Of a DNA stretch of 64,000 nt, positions 1-7,320 are shown piece by piece (within the stretch, counting starts at the first letter, position 1; each line of letters starts with the position of its first letter). The stretch is from assembly GCA_903885565.1 (NCBI GenBank), contig CAISJI010000055.1, positions 1,563-65,562 on the forward strand. The letters run 5' to 3'. This DNA comes from an uncultured Planctomycetaceae bacterium (GTDB lineage Bacteria; Planctomycetota; Planctomycetia; Pirellulales; UBA1268). The notes below the pieces were generated by a model that saw nothing but the letters and a program-made list of their open reading frames with translations, searched no databases and was not told the origin of the DNA. A program made the translations under genes and the position numbers.

Positions 1-345
1 GATTGCCAGCGTTTCCACCAGCAGCTTGACCTTCCTCGGACCGAGACCAGGCACCCGCAGCATCTCCCACACCACGGCGGGAACCTCTGCGGTGAGCTCA
101 TCGAGCAGCGGTAACCGACCGGTATCGAGCAGCGTCTCGATTTTGGAGGCGAGATCGGCCCCGATGCCATCCAGATTCCTGAGGGATCGCTGCGGGTCGT
201 TCCTGATGCTTACCAGCGATTCGACCAGCCCGCTGATCGTGCGAGCGGCACCGCGATAGGCCCGGATACGAAAGGCATTGTCCCCTTTGTATTCGAGGAT
301 ATCGGCAAGTTGCTCGAAAACAGCGGCGATGTCGGAATTGGTCAC
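1..345 (-). CDS. DNA polymerase X family protein, N-terminal part only (gene runs off the left edge)
   Basis: Absent from the ORF track because it is truncated. My translation of the minus strand from GTG at 345 gives VTNSDIAAVFEQLADILEYKGDNAFRIRAYRGAARTISGL...LRVPGLGPRKVKLL, a typical PolX N-terminal helix-hairpin-helix signature. An in-frame stop lies at 361-363 just upstream. Confidence 0.7.
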   Translation of the reverse strand, partial: MTNSDIAAVFEQLADILEYKGDNAFRIRAYRGAARTISGLVESLVSIRNDPQRSLRNLDGIGADLASKIETLLDTGRLPLLDELTAEVPAVVWEMLRVPGLGPRKVKLLVETLAI

Positions 346-360
346 GACGGACTCAGAGCC

Positions 361-1632
361 TCACTGCTGACGGGAGGGGAGGGCAGCAGTTGGATAGGCC
401 GGGCGATAGCTGGCTGGCTGCCAGAGGGATGCCGGCTGCCACGATGTTGTGTGGCTGGTGGGCTCGAGGAGTCGCGGGAAGGCTCCGGTGGCCGCCCCGG
501 GGCCCGCCCCAGGCACCGTGGGAATTCCGGCGGAGCCACTCTCCGCTTTGGGCGCGGGAGCGACGGGCGGGCTGGAGGGAGCCAGTCCGGGCAGCGAATT
601 GCCCGGCTGCGTGAACGTGGGCGCCGATGGGGAGGGAGCCGGAAAACCTCCCGCCGGCGCGGTGGAAGCGGCCGGAGGCGCTATCAAGCCAGATCCCTGC
701 GCTGTTCCCAACGTGCCGGCCGGGCCCGCCGTACCACCTGGAGCCTGTGCCCCCTGACTGGCTGGCATGCGGGGCAGTTCCGGGATCGGCTTCAGTGAGG
801 GAGTCGGGCTCAAGGTGGGTGGGGCGGTTGGCTGGAGTGAGCCAGCCTGGGGCGCGGGAGCGGCAAATGTGCCCCCCTGCGGCACGATCTGCTGCTGGAA
901 TCCCGACTGCGGCTGTACACCCTGGGGGAGCGATGGGGCCGCAATGCTGCTTTGTCCAGGCAGAACCTGTTGGGGAATGTCGTTTGCGGCAGCCCCCCAG
1001 GCCTGCGGCGTGGTTTGAATGGGAGACGCGAAAGGACTGCTCACTGTTCCAGAGGGCCCAGGCATCGGGCCCGGCGTTGTCGCGGCCTGGGGAACTGGCT
1101 GACCGTATCCAGGTGCCGGCTGTCCATAGGTGGGCTGCGCTCCATAGGCCGGCTGCGTGTATCCCTGCTGATTCTGCCCCGGTTGCATCTGCACGTATTT
1201 CGTGGAGTAGACGGCGCGATACTGCGTATAAGGCACATTAACAGCCTTCTGCACGTAGTTGGTTACCTGCTCCATGCATTCCCTTTGGCAACCAGTGCAG
1301 GGATCGATCTCGCACGATGGCTTGTACGAAGTGACCGGGACGCATTCATACTGCGTGCGATAGGTTGTCTCGGGCACGTAGCTCACCTGCTGCACAGGCA
1401 CCATAACAGGAGGTGGAGGAGCAGGAACCGGCGCCATGACTGGAGCCATGACTGGCGCTGCCATCGGGGCCGCTACGGGCACGACGGCATAGGCTGCCGG
1501 CGCCTTGCGAAAGCAGGAGGTACAACCCGCGAACAGGTCGTTCAGACAGCATTGGGCGAGGCTTGTCTGCGGCGCCGCGCCTGCCAGCAGGCTTGCCAAG
1601 CTCCATAGAAAAATCGCGTGTCGCGTTGTCAT
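361..1632 (-). CDS. secreted Cys-motif / Pro-Gln-Ala-rich low-complexity protein (hypothetical)
   Basis: 423-aa ORF. Signal-like N-terminus MTTRHAIFLWSLASLLAGAAPQTSLAQ, then a Cys-rich block (CCLNDLFAGCTSC ... CEIDPCTGCQREC), then a ~280-aa P/Q/A/G-rich tail. No family recognised. Confidence 0.6.
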   Translation of the reverse strand: MTTRHAIFLWSLASLLAGAAPQTSLAQCCLNDLFAGCTSCFRKAPAAYAVVPVAAPMAAPVMAPVMAPVPAPPPPVMVPVQQVSYVPETTYRTQYECVPVTSYKPSCEIDPCTGCQRECMEQVTNYVQKAVNVPYTQYRAVYSTKYVQMQPGQNQQGYTQPAYGAQPTYGQPAPGYGQPVPQAATTPGPMPGPSGTVSSPFASPIQTTPQAWGAAANDIPQQVLPGQSSIAAPSLPQGVQPQSGFQQQIVPQGGTFAAPAPQAGSLQPTAPPTLSPTPSLKPIPELPRMPASQGAQAPGGTAGPAGTLGTAQGSGLIAPPAASTAPAGGFPAPSPSAPTFTQPGNSLPGLAPSSPPVAPAPKAESGSAGIPTVPGAGPGAATGAFPRLLEPTSHTTSWQPASLWQPASYRPAYPTAALPSRQQ

Positions 1633-1835
1633 CGATCGCTCCTGGGCGTGGGTCTGCTGGCCTATGAATCAGCTGTATTGATCGTGAGTCCGCAGGGCAG
1701 GGACTCTCTGATCACCATGCCGCTCACATGCTCTAGACTAGGTTCCTCTGCAGAGCGACTACAGGGAAAAAAGCCCTTGGGAAAACATGAATCCTGCTTC
1801 CGAAGGCCCTACGACCGTCACAGAATTCACAGGCG

Positions 1836-2492
1836 TTACCCGCCCACCAGCAGAGACGGGGCGGGAGGCAGACGCCGTTCAAACCGATCGTAGAGTTCCG
1901 CGATCGCCTCACGCAGATTCCCACCGGAAAGGGCAAAGGCCGCCTCGATATCTGCGCTGTCGATCAGGGTGCCAAACCAGCGGTGGTGGTCGGGTAGTCG
2001 TGACACTATTTTCCCCAACAATGCCGCTGTGGTGTGGCATTCGATCAGAACCGGCAGGCCGGTTCGCCGGTGCTCCGTCACCAGCAGTCGGCATCCCACG
2101 CGACGGGCCTTCCGGCATGCCCGCCAACGAGTAAAGCCTCCCGCCAGTTCCCAACTGTCGATGCACACAAGACCAGCATCAGGCGCGCGACCGATGCACG
2201 CCATCGCTTGTGACATATCAGCACGAGTGCGAAGACGCACCCGCTCGACAGCCATACCGCGATCTTCCCACCTGTCTGCCAAGTGAGCCAGCAGCGTCGA
2301 CTTGCCCGCTCCATGCGGGCCACGGATCGATGCCATCGCACCCATATGATCAAAGGCGGAGAGTACGTCGTCGGCATCGATGCATCGGCCCATGTGATCG
2401 AGCGGCGGCAGACAACCGGGCCGGGTATACCGCGATGCAAACGGGTTGAGCATCGCTGAACCGGGATGTTCGGCGAGCCGATGCATCGTCAC
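1836..2492 (-). CDS. small P-loop (AAA+-like) ATPase, hypothetical
   Basis: Walker A GPHGAGKST, Walker B-like LVCIDSWE, C-terminal lid-like GGNLREAIAELY. The start ATG overlaps the upstream stop (ATGA at 2489-2492). Confidence 0.65.
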   Translation of the reverse strand: MTMHRLAEHPGSAMLNPFASRYTRPGCLPPLDHMGRCIDADDVLSAFDHMGAMASIRGPHGAGKSTLLAHLADRWEDRGMAVERVRLRTRADMSQAMACIGRAPDAGLVCIDSWELAGGFTRWRACRKARRVGCRLLVTEHRRTGLPVLIECHTTAALLGKIVSRLPDHHRWFGTLIDSADIEAAFALSGGNLREAIAELYDRFERRLPPAPSLLVGG

Positions 2493-2971
2493 AAGCGCCC
2501 TCCCCCAGTCGCCTGACGGATCGGCGGGATCCGGCCCAGCGAAAAGACATGCTCTGAAACGAAGTCCCGTCCCGCCTCAAAAAACACCCGCAGCCGCACA
2601 CACCAGCGCACCTTTACAATCACCCCCTCGTAGGAGAGCGGGCTCGCGGGAAGGCGATTGCTGAAAAACCCCTGGGGCAGAACCTGAGGCAGATCGGATG
2701 CATCGGCGATGCGTTCAAAGAAGTGCACTCCGATATCCTCCTCACCCTTCCCCTCGGTGTACCAGAGAATGGAGCGTTCCAGGGCCCGCATCGAAGCGGC
2801 TTCTGCGCCGGCCACCTCATACCTCACGGTGATCGATTCGAGCGGCTCATAGATGCGGCTGGCCCGATCGAACTGCAGCAGGAACCGCAGCGTCGGCGCA
2901 GGAAACGACTGACTCACACCCGCCTGGAAAGAGCCCTCGGGAGAAAAGCCTGCGTCAGAAACACCCATCAT
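2489..2971 (-). CDS. soluble beta-sandwich (arrestin/Spo0M-like pattern) hypothetical protein
   Basis: I place the start at the internal MMGVSDAG (ATG 2971-2969), which overlaps the upstream stop as ATGA. The sequence has alternating beta-strand character, e.g. ITVRYEVAG, SPLSYEGVIVKVRWCVRLRVFF. The fold call is inference. Confidence 0.5.
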   Translation of the reverse strand: MMGVSDAGFSPEGSFQAGVSQSFPAPTLRFLLQFDRASRIYEPLESITVRYEVAGAEAASMRALERSILWYTEGKGEEDIGVHFFERIADASDLPQVLPQGFFSNRLPASPLSYEGVIVKVRWCVRLRVFFEAGRDFVSEHVFSLGRIPPIRQATGGGRL

Positions 2972-4089
2972 TCCACCCCCTTGCCGCCTTGAGGTGCGTG
3001 CGGCGTTGCTCCAGCATTTCTGCCAGCGGGGAACACAACCAGCGGAAAAACCCTGGTGAATGGAGGCCAGCGATCCGGCGAACCACGCACGACCAAGCGC
3101 CAATGGACCGAGTTGTGCGGCGAATTGAAAGAATGCATTGCCTGGTCTGGGATGGTGATCTCCACATGGGCTTCAAACCGGCCGCCAGGCACGGCCTGAA
3201 CCCGACTCCAGCTCCGTGCCGCGTCACGCCAGACCACCAGTCGTTCAGTGCGCGTATCGGTACCCTGACAGAATGTGGCTTGTTCCTCGAGTTCGAGGCC
3301 GAGTTCGATCGACTTGAAAAGCCCCGAACCGCCCTGCCCAAGAAGAACGTCATACCTCTGACCAGGAACGAGGGGGTGGTCTGAAATCTCCACCTGTGTC
3401 GGCCCTACCGAGGCGGCCAGAACGACCGCTCGAACAAACAGGATAACGCCCCCCACTCCCACGGCGACAAAGGGGATCAGCAGCGCCAGCAAAAACCAGT
3501 CAGGATTCCCCCTGCGAATGTTGGCTCCGGCGCCAGCCGCCAGCACCACCACCACGGCGTTCCACAGCAGGGCGAACATTCCGAAGCCCAGCAGCGTCCA
3601 GTTTTCCGGGCTCTCTATGGGCAGCCGATAGCGCAACACGTTGCCGGGGGAGTTCACCAGGTTCTCGCAGGCCGGAACCCCAGGATGGCCCGGTGCCTCG
3701 TGGGGCGGGTGGCCCAGCGTATCGAGGAATTCGGGAAATCCGGCCGAAGCCGCCCGACGTTCGTCCGATTTTCCCCACATTCGGATGACCTTGCCGAGCC
3801 CTGATCCGCCAAACGCCACAAGGGCCAAGGGAATCACCAGCGTCAGCACCCACATCCACCAATCGTATCCCCGCTGCAACACGACCCTGCCTGGGTCGGC
3901 CGGGGCATAGGCGGCCACCCCACTTACCAGCAGACCACCGAATATCAGGCCGCCTAGCAACAGCGCCGCGTAAAACAGTCCTTCCGCAATCGAGCCCCAC
4001 TCACGAGATCCGGTGTGCCGATGTCCCCGCTTCTTGGAGAAAAACCTGGGCCATCTCACAGTCACTTCTCCTGCGGGCGAGGAGCCCAA
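2968..4089 (-). CDS. 4-TM membrane protein with C-terminal beta-sandwich-like domain (hypothetical)
   Basis: 373-aa ORF with four hydrophobic segments (GLFYAALLLGGLIFGGLLVSGV, WWMWVLTLVIPLALVAFGG, WTLLGFGMFALLWNAVVVVLAAG, WFLLALLIPFVAVGVGGVILFV). The C-terminal ~130 aa resemble an arrestin-like N-domain (MHSFNSPHNSVHWRLVVRG...FPLVVFP). Confidence 0.6.
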   Translation of the reverse strand: MGSSPAGEVTVRWPRFFSKKRGHRHTGSREWGSIAEGLFYAALLLGGLIFGGLLVSGVAAYAPADPGRVVLQRGYDWWMWVLTLVIPLALVAFGGSGLGKVIRMWGKSDERRAASAGFPEFLDTLGHPPHEAPGHPGVPACENLVNSPGNVLRYRLPIESPENWTLLGFGMFALLWNAVVVVLAAGAGANIRRGNPDWFLLALLIPFVAVGVGGVILFVRAVVLAASVGPTQVEISDHPLVPGQRYDVLLGQGGSGLFKSIELGLELEEQATFCQGTDTRTERLVVWRDAARSWSRVQAVPGGRFEAHVEITIPDQAMHSFNSPHNSVHWRLVVRGSPDRWPPFTRVFPLVVFPAGRNAGATPHAPQGGKGVE

Positions 4090-4309
4090 CCTATCCCACG
4101 CCGGCCCCGCGGCAGACGATCAAGGCTCGCATTCCACCTCGGTCGGAGTAAGGAGAGACGGCCCATCATCGGCGGGAATGAACATACCGCCCCGAACCCA
4201 AGCCACGCGGCAGAATCCACGGAGGATGGGGCCGAACCACCCGATCGCGAAGATTTCGCCACACTCGACTTCAGAACCTCTGGATCAGAGGGCTATGTGC
4301 CGGTCGCCC

Positions 4310-4633
4310 TCAGGACTGGGCAACGGGTTCTTGCGATTTTTCCGAGAGGATACGACCAACGGGCGATCCACCGCCGGCCGGTGGGTTGGCCACGCGGAAG
4401 AAACCGATTTTCTCCAAGGAACGAAAGACCTCCTCAAGCGTTTTCTCACCGAAATTCGAAATGGAGAGGAGATCTGCCCGGGTGCAATTGAGCAGATCAT
4501 GGACGGTAAAGATCCCTTTTTCCTCCAGGCAGTTGGTGGTCCTCACAGACAGGCCAATTTCCGCCGTGCTCATGTCGAGCTTCTCAGCCATCTCGTCCGA
4601 TTGGGTGAGATTCTTGTAGGGAATGCGAGGCAT
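4310..4633 (-). CDS. stand-alone RNA polymerase alpha-subunit C-terminal-domain (alpha-CTD) like protein
   Basis: IGLSVRTTNCLEEKGIFTVHDLLNCTRADLLSISNFGEKTLEEVFRSLEKIG matches the RpoA CTD helix-hairpin-helix signature (LSVRxxNCL...DL...L..i.NfGkKSl.Ei). Start taken at MPRIPYKNL (4633); the track ORF extends to 4780. Confidence 0.75.
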   Translation of the reverse strand: MPRIPYKNLTQSDEMAEKLDMSTAEIGLSVRTTNCLEEKGIFTVHDLLNCTRADLLSISNFGEKTLEEVFRSLEKIGFFRVANPPAGGGSPVGRILSEKSQEPVAQS

Positions 4634-4699
4634 GGGGTCCCTCCCGTGCAGGTGTGGACAGGAAAATGATGAATACAGCAGGCCCTTTCCCAGCCATGG

Positions 4700-7294
4700 G
4701 TGGCCCAACAGTTGGCGGACCGCCAGCCAGCACCCGGTGCCAACTCGATCCTCACCAAAAACCAATATAATCCAAAGCATCAGGATTCGACTACCTCGGC
4801 TGACCTTTCTACCACGGGACGCCGCTCCTCCGGCCAGCCAGCTTGCGTCCCGCCGACTCCCCCGCCCCCTCCCCCCGGACCAGCCCCCGTGCGCCCGCTT
4901 TCACTCGATGCTCTCAATGACAGCCAGCGGCAAGCCGCCCTGCATGTTCATGGACCCCTGCTGGTGCTAGCTGGCCCCGGCAGCGGAAAAACACGGGTTG
5001 TGACGCACCGCATCGCCCACCTGATCTCACAGGGAGTGCCCGCCCGCCAGATCGTCGCCCTCTCGTTCACCAACAAGGCCGCCGACGAGATGCGGCGGCG
5101 GGTGGCAGAGCTGGTCGGACCACAGCCTGTTGAAATGGGCACCTTTCACCGCTTTGCCGCGCGTCTCCTCCGGAGCCACGCCAGACTGGTGGGGCTGACA
5201 AGCGACTATTCCATTCTCGACCCGGACGACGCCACAATGGTGCTCAAGCGGGCAGCCAAGAAACTCGGACTGAGTCTGTCTCATACCCCCATCGATCGGC
5301 TCGCGGGCGTGATCAGCCGCGCCAAGAACGACCTCCTTACGCCCGAGACGTTCTCTCCACGCTGGGGCCGGCCGGCGGATGAGATCGCAGGGCGGCTCTG
5401 GCCGGCCTATCAGGAACTGCTGCTGGAATGCAATGCTGTCGATTTCGACGACCTGCTCGTCCATGTGGCCCGGTTGATTACCGACAATCCAGAACTGCGC
5501 GCCATGCTCGACGCGCGGCATCGCTGGATCCTCGTTGATGAATATCAAGACACCAACGCCGTCCAATACAGCATCCTCCGCGGTCTTTCCCTCGACCACC
5601 CAAACCTCGCTGTAACGGGTGATCCAGATCAGGCAATCTACGGCTGGCGGGGTGCCAGCATCCGCAACATCCTGGAATTCGAGCGGGATTATCCACGCGC
5701 CGCCGTTGTCACCCTTGAACACAATTACCGGAGCACGGCCAACATTCTCGGCACGGCCGATCGGCTCATTGCCCATAATTCCCAACGCAAACCGAAGCGA
5801 TTAATTACGGACAGCAGCTCTGGGGACCGCGTGCGGATTGTCCTCGACAGTAGCGGAATCGCGGAAGCTGAGCGGATTGCCAGGGAGATCGGGGAGGCCG
5901 TTGCCAGTGGCAGGCGGTCGGCTCGCGATTTCGCGGTCTTGTTCCGCACCAATGCCCTGTCACGTTCCCTGGAAGTGGCTCTTCGCAGTCGCAGGGTTCC
6001 CTACCAACTCGTACGGGGCCTGGAATTCTTCAAGCGGCGCGAAATCAAGGATGTTGTGGCTTGGTTACGACTTCTGAAAAACCCCCGTGATGACGAAGCC
6101 GTGCTGCGTGTGGTGAACGTCCCGCCGCGAGGGATCGGCCGACAATCGCTCGATCGGCTGGCCGCCTGGGCGGAGGATCATCACCTCAGTCGACTCGACG
6201 CCGCAGCCCGTGCCACTGAGATCCCTGGGCTCTCCAAACGGTCGGCGGCAGGCCTCCAGAAATTCGCGGGGCTGCATCGCGATCTGTGCCAGTTCGTTGC
6301 CAACGGAAACGGACGAATCGCACCCTTGCTGGAGGAAGTGCTCAACCGCTCCGGATACCGGGCGATGCTGGCTGAAGACGACGACGACGATGGGGGCGAG
6401 GACCGGCTGGCGAATATCGAGGAACTGGTGACAGCAGCCCATCAATTCGATGAAACGTTTGCCGAGGCTGCGAATCCTGACACCCCGACCTCAGCTGATC
6501 CTCTGGAAGCCTTTCTGGAAAACACCGCTCTCGTTGCCGACACTGACGCCTGGCAACCCGAGAGCGAACGGGTGGCGCTGATGACATTCCATGCAGCCAA
6601 GGGGCTGGAATTTCCGGTTGTGTATCTGATGGCGATGGAGGATGGAATTCTGCCACACGAACGGAGCCTCGATCACCCGGATCAATTGGAGGAAGAACGC
6701 CGACTGGTGTTCGTCGGCATTACACGCGGCATGCAGGAGGTGCATGCCAGTTGCGCCCGGATGCGCGATTATCGTGGGACCCGTCGCATCGGGGCCCCGA
6801 GCGTGTTTCTCGCCGAAATGACCGGCAGCGAGACAATGGTCAGCGGTACGGAATCTTCCGCCACGACCGATCTTGATTTGTGGAGCGCAAGCGAGGCTTC
6901 CGATCCGGCCACGGCAGCGGACGACGATTCCTTTTCCCAAGTCGAAGACCACTCACCCGCAAGGGGATCGCCGCAGATGCGACAGGACGGGCTTGTCCTC
7001 GACACCGGGGAAACCGATACAGAAATACCAGTCGCTCCGAAACAGCGCACACCAGCCCGACTCCCTCCTGTTCTCACCGCCGCCCAACTCACCACTGGCC
7101 GTATGCCCGGTTCAGTCGATCCAGCCCGGCAGTTTTCGTCCGGCGATCAGGTTGTTCACGAGGAATATGGTCTGGGAACCATCAGCCGAGTCAGCGGAAT
7201 CGGCCCGCGAGCGGTGGCCACCGTAATCTTTTCAGACCCCTCGGGAACCAGAAAATTCATTCTGGGTCACGGCGCCCTCCGAAAGCCGGAGTGA
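4700..7294 (+). CDS. uvrD: UvrD/PcrA/Rep family ATP-dependent DNA helicase
   Basis: LNDSQRQAALHVHGPLLVLAGPGSGKT (motif I), VDEYQDTN (motif II), TFHAAKGLEFPVVYL, VGITRG, and a C-terminal Tudor-like tail (GDQVVHEEYGLGTI). Start uncertain: GTG at 4700 gives a Pro-rich 63-aa extension. An in-frame GTG at 4889 (VRPLSLDALNDSQ) is equally or more plausible. Confidence 0.9.
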   Translation: MAQQLADRQPAPGANSILTKNQYNPKHQDSTTSADLSTTGRRSSGQPACVPPTPPPPPPGPAPVRPLSLDALNDSQRQAALHVHGPLLVLAGPGSGKTRVVTHRIAHLISQGVPARQIVALSFTNKAADEMRRRVAELVGPQPVEMGTFHRFAARLLRSHARLVGLTSDYSILDPDDATMVLKRAAKKLGLSLSHTPIDRLAGVISRAKNDLLTPETFSPRWGRPADEIAGRLWPAYQELLLECNAVDFDDLLVHVARLITDNPELRAMLDARHRWILVDEYQDTNAVQYSILRGLSLDHPNLAVTGDPDQAIYGWRGASIRNILEFERDYPRAAVVTLEHNYRSTANILGTADRLIAHNSQRKPKRLITDSSSGDRVRIVLDSSGIAEAERIAREIGEAVASGRRSARDFAVLFRTNALSRSLEVALRSRRVPYQLVRGLEFFKRREIKDVVAWLRLLKNPRDDEAVLRVVNVPPRGIGRQSLDRLAAWAEDHHLSRLDAAARATEIPGLSKRSAAGLQKFAGLHRDLCQFVANGNGRIAPLLEEVLNRSGYRAMLAEDDDDDGGEDRLANIEELVTAAHQFDETFAEAANPDTPTSADPLEAFLENTALVADTDAWQPESERVALMTFHAAKGLEFPVVYLMAMEDGILPHERSLDHPDQLEEERRLVFVGITRGMQEVHASCARMRDYRGTRRIGAPSVFLAEMTGSETMVSGTESSATTDLDLWSASEASDPATAADDDSFSQVEDHSPARGSPQMRQDGLVLDTGETDTEIPVAPKQRTPARLPPVLTAAQLTTGRMPGSVDPARQFSSGDQVVHEEYGLGTISRVSGIGPRAVATVIFSDPSGTRKFILGHGALRKPE

Positions 7295-7320
7295 GTTGGG
7301 GCACGTCTGAACTGTTTCGA

